The notes: a model not told the origin generated them from the letters alone. A DNA stretch of 64,000 bases from Octopus sinensis (GCF_006345805.1 NC_043001.1:48174001-48238000); one strand, 5' to 3'; numbered from the stretch's first letter, positions 27,490-40,904 are shown. A program made the numbers and translations.

Positions 27490-27760
27490 ACTAATATATA
27501 TATGTTAACTTGCTCAGGGTGCCGAGAGCAATACATAGGCCAAACTGAAAACAGTTTACGCCAGAGGATGACCCTACATATATATCAGATTACAGAAAAA
27601 TGGCATTTAGCGCATAAATAAAAATTTGCGCCACTAACGAACAACCCAGCTTCAGAACTTTCCCCGTCTATATATTCAGGGAAGATGCAACCCATAATCA
27701 GCGCATTAGCAAAGAGTCATATTTTATCGCAAATTTAAACCCCTTTTGAATACTTCCACC
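27490..27760 (+). mobile_element. Penelope-like GIY-YIG endonuclease fragment
   Basis: IYMLTCSGCREQYIGQTENSLRQRMTLH matches the PLE GIY-YIG with its CxxC insert. Confidence 0.85.
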
Positions 27761-28068
27761 ACAGACGACACTACTACAAGGGCCTTAGAATAATACCCAC
27801 GCAAATATTAAAACGATATATTCAGAACAGCCATTACTCATAAATTTATCCAGACCAATTCCAATCACTACTGCTATAACCACAACAGGTCACTTTTATG
27901 TCACTTGACATTTAAGAAGACTCTACCAACAGTCTACTACTGTCATACCACTGCTGTCTTTTTCTTCTTTCTCTTTTTCTTCTTCGTCTTATTCTTTTTC
28001 TTCTCCTTCTTCTTCCTCTTTGGTTGGATATTACCTGCACATCTAACTATGTGTTCACTCAAAGGAAT

Positions 28069-28580
28069 CTATCTGTATTGCGGGAACCGGATCTGTTCCT
28101 TATGTAATGTGGTTCTCTGTCTAAATACCATAATTGTCCGTCCTATACAGCTATGTCCACAACCTGAGCGAGTTATAACATAAATTAGATTCTCAGTAGC
28201 ACAAGTGAAGTTGGTTTTAATTGTGAACCTCTCTCCTCGTTTGAATAGGAATTCCAAGCCTTCCAGTAGGTTGAGGCATGTTCCACACATTCGGCGTCCA
28301 CACTTTTTAATCGTTGGTTTAGTGGTTGTTGTGTAAAGCTTCGCAATTGTTAGAAGTCTTTAAAGCGATTTGTGTTGCTTTTTAAATTTTATGAATTTAT
28401 GTTTTCAGAACGTTGTTGATTTTTTAATCTCTATTGAACATAGGTAGATTTTGTACAATAGTGTTGTATGCCTCATTGTTTCTAGGGTTGTGATTTGAAA
28501 TATACAGTAGTGTTTTGAGATGAGGTGTGATGTTACGCTTTGTTGCTCTTAGTGTTTTAATGTCTAATTTCTTAGCACGC
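28069..28580 (-). mobile_element. Penelope-like linker and GIY-YIG fragment
   Basis: YISNHNPRNNEAYNTIVQNLP followed by CGTCLNL..FTCATENLIYVITRSGCGHSCIGRT..RTTLHKEQI. Confidence 0.85.
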
Positions 28581-29752
28581 TATACTTTCTATTTCGGCTG
28601 TAGAAACACATGTCACGCTTGCAGAATTCCGTTTAAATGACTTTTCACATTATTTGTATTTCGTTTATATTTTTTCTAATAAATGTCGCGATATACTTAG
28701 ACGGCTCCTGTGTTACATTGTTTCGAAGAATGAAGTTTTCGGAAATCTTGTTTTTAGTAGTCCTTATGTAATTTTGCGCAGAATCTATTTGTATTGTGAT
28801 TTATGGTTCAAAAATTGCCTCAGAATTTTCAAAAGAGATATACTCACTACAGTTATAGTAACAATAGCTTCAATAACGTACACAAACACTTCCCTTTTCA
28901 AATAATTTCGAATAAGAAAGCAGATTTCAAAAACAAAAAAAGAAAAACAATCCGGAAATGAAACAAAGTGAGTTTCAAATATAAACATTTGTACAATGAA
29001 AAACTTAAAAAAAACATGAAACATAGAATCAACTAAACATCAATAGCATCACAACTTCCAACAACAAAAATATTTTATTTTTTCCCAATACCTTTGATTC
29101 TATGGATCAAGCTCAAAGAAAAATTTTTAGGTGCAACCGAGATCATTTATAACAAGGAAAAATGTTTCGCCTGAGAATTTTACCTACGAAAGAGTAAGAA
29201 GGAGTATGACATAGCTCTGTATTTTATTTATCTGGGAAGTTTTCCATATGTCTTACACAGAAAAATTTCAGGAAGCCTTGACGAATGTATGGATTTATGG
29301 ATTTATGAAAAGCTGTGTAATCTCTCAACCGGAGCAAAGCATGACGTAGCGTTTTTCTGGTCATTAAGGTCGAAAACTAATGTGAAAAGACATATCAAGC
29401 TGGTACGGTACTCCCTTACTGACATGCTGCTTGCGAAATGCTTGGGTCCCAAGAATATGACAAAGAAAACCTTCAGTTATATAGGCACAGATGTTGAACC
29501 TCACTTACCGTCACCTTTACGTATTAGCATAGGTATATGGTGAGTGTGAAGGTGACGGCATCAATATGTTGTCGAGTGTAGAGTGTACAGACAACCAGAT
29601 CCAGATAATCCTGGATTTCCATGAAGGGAAGAGGAAGTAATTCAAAATCATTTCCTAGTCGATAAAATAATTACCAGGTGAACACTGGGGACGATATCAG
29701 CGAATTACTCCCTCTACAAAATTGCTGGCCTGGGGCCAAAATTTGAAATTTG

Positions 29753-29842
<90 letters not shown>

Positions 29843-29843
29843 A

Positions 29844-30187
29844 TGGCTCAGGTTCGGTCTAATTGCTAGTAGGATTTATGTGGGTAGTAGCTTGCTACCT
29901 GAAACCTTAGGTATCCACAAGTGCTTAGAACCCTCCTGATAATCATTGCTGCCCCTAAAAGACAAACTTTCTGTAGGAGCTCTACTGTGCATTCTATTCC
30001 AATCTCCTTCAGCCATTTGTCTATAACTTTGCTTATAACAATAATTATTATAGGCACAACCTTCACTGTTCTCATGCTCCAAATTCTTCCCATTTCAAAT
30101 TTTAAGGGATTGTATTTTTTCTTTTTGTTTTTGTTTTTCGATCTCTTTCTTTACGATTCTAGAATCAAACGGGCATGATGGCTCGAT
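29844..30187 (-). mobile_element. 5'-truncated R4/Dong-like (RLE) LINE 3' end in (TAA)n/(CAA)n
   Basis: CPFDSRIVKKE..KYNPLKFEMGRIWSMRTVKVVPIII..KWLKEIGIE..LLQKVCLLGAAMIIRRVL, typical of the RLE LINE C-terminus. Confidence 0.85.
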
Positions 30188-30214
30188 TATTGTTATTATT
30201 ATTATTATTGTTGC

Positions 30215-30289
<75 letters not shown>

Positions 30290-30293
<4 letters not shown>

Positions 30294-30588
30294 TAGTTTT
30301 ATTTTTATAGCGTGCTTTCACTTCACTACCGAGCGCAGCTCTGTGTGCCTTGGGTATGTGCTGTGATTTGTTGTGATGCTCTGATGGTTATTGTATGGAA
30401 AGTGTTCTGCGTAGGATATGTGCAGTGCCTAGTAGTGCAATTTTCTGTATGTTATATGTGTTTGTAAGTCCTGGTGTTTTTGTTATGTATTTGTCTGAAT
30501 ATTTTTTTATCATGCCTAATGCACCTACTATGATAGGAATTGTTTCTGTTTTCAGGTTCCACATTCTAGTTATCTCTATTTCCAGGTC

Positions 30589-30591
<3 letters not shown>
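30290..30591 (-). mobile_element. Second R4/Dong-like LINE 3' end (different family, well preserved) in (TAA)n
   Basis: Open frame KDLEIEITRMWNLKTETIPIIVGALGMIKKYSDKYITKTPGLTNTYNIQKIALLGTAHILRRTLSIQ*, then a short UTR and (TAA)n. Confidence 0.9.
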
Positions 30592-30667
<76 letters not shown>

Positions 30668-31139
30668 TATTATTATCATTATCGTCATGCTGCTCTCTTT
30701 GCATTGTTAAAGAACGCGATGGCATCGATGCAACATGGGAGAGAGAGTCAATTTTAGCGGGAGAACATGTCACAAATCTTCACAATTAACGCAGTCAGAT
30801 GCCTTGATTAATGAAAACATGAAGGGATAAAAATCTTGCTCCTTGAAGAAAACTGTAAACCACATCAGTTGTCCCTCGTTTGTCACAATGAACTGAGAAG
30901 CGATGGTTTCTTTTTTAAAATCTCAATACTTTTCGCCAAGGATCTTGCACTGCCAAGCTGCTAAGTAATGCTATTTCTGGATGTGTTCCATTTTCATTTT
31001 CATGTCAATACTTTCCAACAATTCCACTGTTCACTGTGCCTAGGATACCAAGAATAATTAGCACAAAATTCAATGTTTTTTTCCATTGGCCATTACTCTT
31101 TTATTTCTCTCTTTAGAGCTTCGTATCTCAATTATTATA

Positions 31140-32150
31140 ATGCTATGAGCTGGCAGAATCATTAGCACGCCGGACAAAATGATTAGCAGCGTTTTTTCCT
31201 GTTTCGATTTCAGAGCTCGCATTCCGCCGAGAACGACTTTGCCTGTCATCGTTTCAAGAACTGTAAAATAACTACTAGTCGAGCACTTAGGTCATTGTAA
31301 TTGACTTCTTCTTCCCTCAAAAATGGTGGCCTTGCGCCAACTTTCGAAAGAATAATAATCATTATTAGGGTGGCTAGCTATTTCTTCTGGCTCTTCCATT
31401 CATATGCTGCTGATGGTCGTCTTTGCCGTTCACCATTCCGGATCGATAATATAAGTAGCAGTTGAGTACTGGGTCTGATGTAATTGAGTTTCTTCAAAAT
31501 TGATGGCCTTGTGCAACACGTTTTGAAACTATTGTTATTATAATTGTTGTTGTTAAGGCAGTGCGCTGGCAGAATCTTTAACGCACCGGACAAAATGCTG
31601 AGCGGTATTTCTTCTGTCGTTACGTTCTGAGTTCAAATTCCGCCGAGGTCGACTTAGCCATTCATCCTTTCGGGATCGATAAAGTAAGTACTAGTTACGC
31701 ACTGGGGTCGATATAATCGACTTAATCCGTTTGTCTGTCCTTGTTTATCCCCTCTGTGTGTAGCCCCTTGTGGGTAGTAAAGAAATAGGTATTTCTTCTG
31801 GTTTTTGTATCCTAAGTTCAAATTCGGATAGGTCAACTTTGCCATTAGTCCCTTCAGGGTCGATAAAATAAGTACGAGTCGAGCACTGGGATTGGTGTTA
31901 TCTCCTTACTCCTATCTCGCAACTGCTGCCAAAATGGTGCCAAAAATTTTAAATTTGGTAATAGCAATTAGCGCGCCGACCAAATGCTGAGCGACATTTC
32001 ATCCTGCTTTACGTCCTGAGTTCAAATTCGTCCGAGGTCGTCCATGCCTTTTATCTTTCAGAGTCGATGCAATAAGTAACAGTTGAACTGTTGATGTAAT
32101 CGACTATACCACACCCAAAAATTTTAGGTTATGAACCTATAGCAGAAACT
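31140..32150 (+). mobile_element. Cluster of about five family-A SINEs, including a self-nested copy
   Basis: Repeated heads and cores. TSD GGTATTTCTTCTG at 31604-31616 and 31788-31800. Confidence 0.85.
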
Positions 32151-32297
32151 ATTGTTATTGCAGTGATTTTTATTGTTGCTGCTGGTAATAAAGTCTATTA
32201 ATGTTTGACACTGCACATAATATTTTCAAGGCTTCCAACTTAGGCGAAATCGATGCGGTTATTGCTGTTTCCTAAATGGATATGGGTAAGTCCTACT

Positions 32298-32640
32298 GAA
32301 GGCACATGTTTCAGTGGCTAGAGTATCGGATTCACAATCAAAAGGTAGTAAGTTCCATTCTCAGACGGGGTTGTGTGTTGTGTTTTTCAGCAAGGCACTT
32401 TATTTCACGTTGCTCCAGTTCAATCAGCTGCAGAAAAGAGTTGCGACATCAATAGTGCCAAGCTTTATCGGCCTTTATCTTTCTCTTGGATACCATCGGT
32501 GGTGTGGAGAGGGGTGGCTGCTATGCATGGGGCGACTGCTGGTCTTCATAAATAACCTTGCCCGGACTTGTGCCTCGGAGAGGAACTTTCTAGAGGCAAT
32601 TCCACGATCATTCATGACCAAAAGGGGCTTTCTCCCCTTT
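32298..32640 (+). mobile_element. tRNA-derived SINE family C (CORE-like centre)
   Basis: A/B-box-like head, then TGTG..TT.AGCAAGGCACTTTATTTCACGTTGCTCCAG. Confidence 0.75.
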
Positions 32641-33487
32641 TTATGCGTGAAACAAGATCAGAGTAGTGACGTTCAATGGTTATACAAAAGGTGGTAAGAC
32701 GAATGTCGTGAGTGTACCTAGAAGAAGGTATATACTTTTCTGCTAAAGAGGAAAAAAAGGCTCTCATAGTTGTGGTGTAATGGGAAAAGAAAGGAAGCAA
32801 TTCGTATTTGAGCTCTTGATTGAATTTTATCCTTTTATAAGTTGGACAGGGAATCAGAGTTACGAGTCACGACTTTTCCATGTCTCTCTTCCCCAGTATG
32901 AAGGCGGTGACTAATGCCCAGTTTGAACATCTTTCTGGTTGCTACATCTCGAATGTTAAATGACAGTGTAAGAATTCCTTAATTCGCTTTAGGAAATGGT
33001 ATTGCACCGGTGGAATGTTGATTCGTAAATCTTTACGATTCAATGGAATCTTGCATAATCAATCGGATATATGTATTGTCTGTGTTTGTGTGAAGGTACT
33101 GGTTAGTGTCTATTGAGAATGTGTGTGTGCATGCGTGTGTGTGCGTGTGCTCGCATGCGCGTGGTACTTCTGACGTTAGATAGAAACGGCGGTAAGAAAA
33201 ACAAAATAAAATATGAAAACAAACTGTGTTTTAAGAAACACGTGTCTTGTTCAGGGTTAGAAACAACCTTATCCTTCTTGTTGGTATCTTTTCTGTTGTA
33301 AATACAACAAACAAGAGCTTTGTCCATTGAAAACCTGTAGCAAAGAGCATATACTGAGAAAATGCATATTTTATACGTGACACCATAGCTACGTTGTTTA
33401 GCAACCTGGCTTCTATTATAGCACTAGAGCCGACCAATGCCTTGTGAGTGAAATTGGTTGCACAGTAACTGAGCAAGAACCCGACGT

Positions 33488-33536
33488 ATGTCTATCTATG
33501 CATCCATCCATCTATCCATCTATCTATCCATCCATA

Positions 33537-33588
<52 letters not shown>

Positions 33589-33617
33589 AATCTATCTATC
33601 CATCCATCTATCTATCC

Positions 33618-33697
<80 letters not shown>

Positions 33698-33703
33698 GTC
33701 TAT
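33488..33703. repeat. (TATC)n microsatellite
   Basis: Directly visible; others at 39346-39545 and 42489-42706 (GATA). Confidence 0.95.
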
Positions 33704-33943
33704 ATGAATACAAAAAATTCAGGGTGAATACTTGATAACTGTAAGCACCTGTATATGCCAGTTAGTGGTGTAGGTGATAGGGTATATTTATCCAAAGAAA
33801 AACAGGATGCAAGGGATTTAGCGGTACATACGTTTCTGACTTTATTGGGCAGTTTATATCAATGCATAATTGATGTAACATGTATGTCAATAGCCTTCTT
33901 CAGCCGCGCACAATTACCACACAAAGACATGTATTACATTATA

Positions 33944-34021
<78 letters not shown>

Positions 34022-34785
34022 ATATACATATGTATGTATGTATATGTGTGTGCGTGTGCGTGCCTGTGTGTGTATGTGTGTTTTTATGTATGTAGATTTA
34101 TATCACCATCGCTTGACAACCGTTGTTGGTTGGCTTGCATTCCCGTAACGTAGCAAATTCTCCAAAAAGGTTCTACTGGTAGAATGCGTAACAGATATAA
34201 CTAAATAAGTACTTTAAGGCGGTACCGGAGCATGGACACAGTCCAGTGAATGAAACAAGTACAGAATGAAAGATAAAACATATCAGAAAGAAATATATAA
34301 ATAAAGACATCACCTGCCTCTGCTAAGAAGCAGAATATCATATGATAACAGTGATATTTCACCAGTCAGTGAAACGAGTGAGCAAGCGCATAATGATAGC
34401 TGCGCAACCCTGTAATCATCGGATAACTAAAAACCACAATTTCGTGCTTGTTTTACGACAAGAAAACAGTGCTGTCTCTCCTTTCCCCTGGAATCAGTGT
34501 GCCGATAAATTAAATACCAGTCATGTAATGATGTGCATGTTATTAATCGACTGCCTATCATCCAATCTCCTTTGCATATATATGTGGCCTTGTGCCAATA
34601 CGAGTAACTATTATTGATGAGTATAATATTAAACAAACATCAAAGTCGATTATTGACATCAGCAATAGAATATAGAAGAAAAACAACGTGTATTTTTAAT
34701 GTCAACTATTCAGTGGTGGGGAAGTACAAAATCTATATTACTGACATCAAACAGTACAGTGTGTGTGTGTTTGTGTGTATGTGTA

Positions 34786-34821
<36 letters not shown>

Positions 34822-34951
34822 CGTGTGTGTATGCTGTGTGTAAAGACTTATAACTTACATATATAACTATATGTATGTATATATATGTACATATATATAA
34901 TTGCATATAATTTTAGATGTATTTATGTTAATGTGTACGTATGTAAATATA

Positions 34952-34987
<36 letters not shown>

Positions 34988-35084
34988 TTATGAATGTGTG
35001 TATAATTACTTATAACTATATGTATTTATGCGCATATGTACACTTATATATATACATATATTATATGTATATATATATATATAT

Positions 35085-35124
<40 letters not shown>

Positions 35125-35684
35125 ATAATATATAACTTAAATGTATTTATGCGCCTATGTACACACATATGTGCGTGTATGTGTGTGTTATAAAACATAG
35201 CATATATATATGTGTGTATGTGTATGTGTATGTACATATATATGTGTATATATACATACATATACATACATATTTAAATATATATACACACTCATAACAT
35301 ACATATATATACACACGAGGCAATAATACAACCGCTGTCAATTATACCATAGAAATACTGCTGCTCTGTTCTCAATCAGTTTATACATATACACTCAACA
35401 GAGATAAAAGAATAGTATTGATGTCAGTCATGCATTAGAGACAAAGAAGTATTACTGGTGTCACGCATACAGACAGGAACAATATTATATCATTGATTTC
35501 TACCAGAGAATATAATAACAATTTGCACACGTTCGTGTCAATCAAAACAAGAACAATTGACAACAATAACAACGACTATAAAAACAACAATGTGGACAAT
35601 AACAAATACAGTAATGTTGACTCAGGATGTAGACGAAAGAGAGACTTTCGCTTGTTGACGTATGTGTGTGTTTGTGTGTATATT

Positions 35685-35715
<31 letters not shown>

Positions 35716-35854
35716 GAGAGAGAGAGAGTTGGTGTGCTTGTGTGCCCGTTTTCTTAATTGTGAATATGAACTGAGTGTACTGAAATGCATATATATATAT
35801 ATATGTGTGTGTGTGTGTATAAATATATATATGTATGTATGTATATATATGTAG

Positions 35855-36124
35855 CTTTTTACGTTTTGAGATTTAATAATAAATTTTAGAGAGTTACTTC
35901 CCTTATATATGTCAAAAATGGATTAAAAATGGGAAAAATTGATGGTAAATTTTTTTTTAAATCGTAGACTCATCGTAGACGCGCGCTAATACCCAGACGG
36001 TCTCGATATGAATCACGACTATAAGATACCCGGTTTTGGTTAAACTGCACCGCAAAATGTGGGAGTAGTTAGGAATCTAAATCGTAGGAGACAGACACAC
36101 AACCTCACTTTTATATATAAAGAT
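35855..36124 (-). mobile_element. Non-autonomous Helitron-like 5' end
   Basis: Minus strand starts A|TCTTTATATATAAAAGTGAGGTTGTGTGTCTGTC, a TC 5' terminus followed by a GTCT-type repeat. Confidence 0.6.
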
Positions 36125-36253
36125 TTCCTCTATTTACATAATATTGAGGTCTCTTTCTTTCTTTTGTTATCTTACTGTTTTTACCAATATACATATAGAT
36201 GTACTTGCATAGCAAGTGACTTGATCTGAGATCGTGTGCTGGAACGAAAACAG

Positions 36254-36512
36254 TTGCAGCGTTGAAGGTGTTTATAAGCCATTTAAGAAACACACAAAAA
36301 CCGTTAGATTCACTTCAACATTTAAATTTAATTTGTCAAAATATTTTCATCGCTTTGAGACCGCGACCTGTTAGCACGATATTTTTGTCAGTGAACAGGT
36401 CGCGGTCTCAAAGCGACGAAAATATTTTGGCAAATTAAATTTAAATGTTGAAGTGAATGTAACGGTTTTTGTGTGTTTCTTAAATGGCTTACAAACACCT
36501 TCCACGCTGCAA
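36254..36512. repeat. Foldback with ~119-bp arms and a 21-nt spacer
   Basis: 36254-36372 is the reverse complement of 36394-36512 with few mismatches. Confidence 0.95.
36384..36434 (+). ncRNA. Minimal type I hammerhead with G3:C8 covariant core
   Basis: TTTGTCA-GTGAACA-G-GTCGC(GGTCTCAAA)GCGAC-GAAA-ATAT-TT^TGGCAAA. Stem I is 7 bp, stem II 5 bp, and stem III is the palindrome AATATT. Confidence 0.7.
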
Positions 36513-36876
36513 TATATATATACACACATATATATATGTATGTATGTATGTATGTGTGTATATGTGTATGCATGTATGTGTGTGTGTGTGCGTGTCTGTG
36601 CTTGTGATTGTCCTCCACCACTGCTTGACAACGAATATTGGTTTGTTTACATCCCTGTCACCTAGTGGTTTGACAAAGGAAACAGATAGAATAAGTACAA
36701 TGCTTACAAAAATAAAAGTGGAGTTGATTCATTAAACTACAATTCTTCAAGGCATTGCCCCAGCATGGCCACAGACCAATGGCTGGAAAAAGCAGAAGAA
36801 TAAAAGAATACATTCTCTGCTTTGGTCTTATGTTCATGGCATGAGAAAGCTTGAGTTTACATGAGAAGGCCTAACA

Positions 36877-37357
36877 GACCTGGTAGAAACAGCAGCCAAA
36901 TCTCCCTCAAATCACACCTTACTGTCTTATGTATGTATATATATATGAGCCAATGAGGGGGACCTCTACATGGTAGCTAGACCTGGTAGAAATAGCAGCC
37001 AAATTTCCCCCAAATCACACCTTACTGTCTTATCTATGTATATATGTATGTATGAGCCTATGAGGGAGACCCTTACATGGCAGCTAGACCTGGTAGAAAT
37101 AGCAGCCAAATTTCCCCCAAATCACACCTTACTGTCTTATCTATGTATATATGTATGTATGAGCCTATGAGAGAGACCCCTACATGGCAGCTAGACCTGG
37201 TAGAAATAGCAGCCAAATTTCCCCCAAATCACACCTTACTGTCTTATCTATGTATATATGTATGTATGAGCCTATGAGGGAGACCCCTACATGGCAGCTA
37301 GACATGGTAGACATAGCAGCCAAATCTCCCTCAAATCACACCTTACTGTCTTATCTT
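36877..37357 (+). repeat. 107-bp minisatellite, ~4.5 copies
   Basis: Unit GACCTGGTAGAAATAGCAGCCAAATTTCCCCCAAATCACACC... with a period of 107, matching the ORF-track offsets 36970/37077/37184/37291. Confidence 0.95.
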
Positions 37358-38444
37358 TCTGCTACTTGGATATAGGTGTTATATTCGTCGTAAAAAACTT
37401 TCCTATCACACACTCACGCACACGCACACACACACACACACACGCAGCCTCACACACACACACGCGCGCACACCCACACACACCCACTCACACACACGCA
37501 CGTTAGCTTACAATTTTATTTATTTATTTGCGTGTCTATGTGTTGAAAGAGGAAGTGGGAGGCAGAGTGAAAGAATCACTCACTACAGTAAGTCAATTAC
37601 TTTCATTTTATTCGTTGCCCACTGTGTGTGTGTGCGTTTGCGTGTGCTGTAAACCAGACTAAGAAAAGCATTTGACACACACACCAGAATGTGAGTTTTC
37701 TGTAAATTTTGCTTAATTGGAGTTTAAATTTTAAAAACTGGACCTGGCATGACGCGATGCATTGTACTCTTAAAAATGCAAGGTAAATAGTAATTGAAGA
37801 AATCCTATATTGTAGATTTGTATAACTCCCAAAGGGAGGCAGATAAAATCTGCCTTTTATAATAAGAGATACATATATATATATATATACTTACATATAT
37901 ATATATACATATATATATACATATATATATACATCTATATATATATATATGTGTGTGTGTATGTATGTATTTATGTATGTATGTATTTATGTATGTATGT
38001 ATGTTTGTATGCATGTATGTATAGGTAAGATTTGTACTTTACTGAAAACCTCGTTTGTCATACTGTATGTTAATGATAGTCACTGACATCCTGATTATGA
38101 CGTAGAACACGACATATTACGTAATTCGCACACATTACAACAATAGAATTCACTGATTTTGAAAACAGACCCTTGATTTTGTAGAAAGTACTCTGAGCCT
38201 CACACCAAAACTGAGTGACTAGACAAATAATGTTCCAGGAACTTGTCTGTCCCCATACACAACCGGTTTGATTCAGCTAATGGACCAGAGGATTATTTTC
38301 ACATTGAAAGTCTACTTTTGTTTACAACGCACTGTTGAGCTATTGATTAGAGTTGGTGGATAGTGAAGCTTATTGTGCTGTAAAGAAATGGAGAAATATG
38401 ATAAGAATGGAAAGAGTTATAATGAAATTTGTCTGGAGTTAAAT

Positions 38445-38868
38445 CTATCGTTTATTTCTTTTTATCGCTTACTAGTTTTAATCTTTGAACTGCAGCCATG
38501 CTGGGGCTCTGCCTTGAATTGTTTTACTCGAAAGAATCCACCCCAGTACTTATGTTTTTAAACTTGGTACTGTATACTATCGGTTTCATTTGTCGAACTG
38601 CTAGGTCATAGGGACATAAACACACCAACACCAGGTGTCATGCAATGGTGGGAAACAAACTCAAACACAAAGAGACACACACCACAAATATATATACATT
38701 CAGGTATGACAGGCTTCTTTCGGTTTCCGTCTACAAAATCCACTCACATGGCTTTAGTAGTCCGAGACTATTTTAAAACACGCTTGATCAAGGGTCCACA
38801 CAGTGGGACTGAACTCGGAATCTGTGGTTGGGAAACAAACTACTTAGCACTCAGCCGCGCCTGGGCCT
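38445..38868 (-). mobile_element. tRNA-derived SINE family B
   Basis: Reverse complement of the family seen at 53040-53435. Confidence 0.8.
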
Positions 38869-38881
38869 ATGTATGTGAAAT

Positions 38882-38999
38882 CTGTACAGTACCTAGGTTT
38901 CTCAAACGGTCACCCGTCTAAGTACTTTCTAGGCTCAGCCTTGTTTGACATCGGTGATCGGAAGAGAACCAGTGCATTCAACGTGATATATTTGCAAAC
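38882..38999 (-). pseudogene. 5S rRNA pseudogene
   Basis: Minus strand ATATCACGTTGAATGCACTGGTTCTCTTCCGATCACCGATGTCAAACAA..AGTACTTAGACGGGTGACCG..GTACTGT is colinear with metazoan 5S over ~118 nt, with many substitutions. Confidence 0.85.
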
Positions 39000-39343
39000 T
39001 CCAGAAATTTCAGCGTATTATATTAATCATTCATTAGGAAATTGTTAGTCTGTCACAAAGGGTTGGGGTTAAGAAAATAGATGAAGATATATTAGAGTGA
39101 CTTGATTCACACGAGCAAGAAATATCTAATGATATCCCTAACCCTAACACCTTTCTGGAAAAGATGAATGCAAAGAGGATGTTGAAGCGCAGCGAATTTA
39201 AGCATCGAAACATTTCTCTTTTAGATAATCTTTTAGATAATCCTTTCGGAATCGATAAAATAAGTACCAGTTGAGCACTGGGCGGATTTAATCGACTTGC
39301 CCGCTCCTCGGAAATTGTTAGACTTATGCCAAAATTTGAAATC

Positions 39344-39435
<92 letters not shown>

Positions 39436-39458
39436 CCTATCTATCTATCCATCAATCC

Positions 39459-39497
<39 letters not shown>

Positions 39498-39509
39498 CAT
39501 CAATCCATC

Positions 39510-39547
<38 letters not shown>

Positions 39548-39550
39548 ATA

Positions 39551-39630
<80 letters not shown>

Positions 39631-39719
39631 TTATACACGCGCACACACACACATATAACAAATTAAAAGTGTGGTTTATTAGCAATTAGAACCTAAAGGC
39701 AAAATTAACAGAGGTCAGA

Positions 39720-40620
39720 AAAGTGACGGATGGTGCTGACTAGCACCGCTTTTGCTAAAATAAGAGTAAACTCTCCTCCGTAGGATCAGCAAGTAATTGG
39801 TCCTTGGCAGCTTTCATACATGTTCTCTAGCTGCACACACCTTCGGGTCTGCAGAGTTGACGTTCCTCTCTTCTGCTGTCTCCTCAGCACCAGGACTTCA
39901 CTTGCTTCTGCCACCGCTTTCGTGAAATACCAGTACTTCCTCGTCACACTCTCCTTAGTCCCTCCAATCCCCCCTCTCTCTCTCTCTCGTCTGCCTCTCC
40001 ACACAGAGCACTGAACCTGCTCCTCACTTCTATTGTGTACCTCTGCTGTAGATTATCATTTTCCTTGAAAGCTCCCCAGTCATAGATTGTTCTCCGGAGG
40101 TGAGCCTTACTCTTTCTTACCCGACCTTACTCATAACAAGCCGGTGGTCATTGCTCAGTATATTGAAATAGTTGTATGGCTCTGTGTTCTGAACTATATT
40201 CCGCCGCTTCTTCCTCACCAAAATGAAATCAATCTGGAACTTGGACAGGTGCGTATCAGAAATGTAGGTCTACATTGTCCCCGGTTTCTTCCTGAACCTT
40301 GGGTTCGTTGCCATCAAGTTCGCCTCCAGCAGGGTGTTCTTCAGTAATCTCCCATTTTGGTTGGTTTTGTTATGGAAGTACCAGTAAGGATCCTCACCGC
40401 TCTCCTTACTCAGATGTGCATTGAGGTCACTCAGAACAAGTAGGATGTTATGAGCTGGTGTACTGTTGGCAGTTCTAAACACTTCTTCATGGAACTCCTC
40501 TGCACCCCTCATCACAGTTCCCCTCGGTTGGACTATAGGCTGGGGAGAGAGGTATGATTTCCCTCACTGACAGATTGGCTCTTGCACTGTACACAAAACC
40601 CACTCTTTCTACTGCAGTAC
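39720..40620 (-). mobile_element. RTE-type LINE ORF2 APE endonuclease remnant
   Basis: LVLSDLNAHL, NQNGRLL, NLMATNPRFRK, QIDFILVRK and NDHRLV motifs, with stops. Confidence 0.85.
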
Positions 40621-40696
40621 CACTGCAGATGTGGTGATTAGGTGACTCTTCTTTCAATCATCACTCTCTCTCTCTCTCTCTCGATATATATATATG

Positions 40697-40787
<91 letters not shown>

Positions 40788-40806
40788 TATACACACACAC
40801 ATATAT

Positions 40807-40878
<72 letters not shown>

Positions 40879-40904
40879 CACATATATGTATGTGTGTATA
40901 TTGT

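Larger units (their letters stand above)
38150..39210 (+). mobile_element. Tigger/pogo transposase remnant, interrupted by a SINE and a 5S pseudogene
   Basis: LSPYTTGLIQLMDQRIIFTLKVYF at 38247-38318 resembles the PPNTTSLIQPMDQG motif. EIVSLSQRVGVKKIDEDILE*LDSHEQEISND follows at ~39038-39135. Confidence 0.75.

Noticed and set aside
36877-37357. CRISPR-like or repeated-peptide array
   Set aside because: Whole 107-bp units are repeated with no unique spacers; the context is eukaryotic and no cas genes are present.
38882-38999. Functional 5S rRNA gene
   Set aside because: Solitary copy with many substitutions, a disrupted terminal helix and no tandem array.
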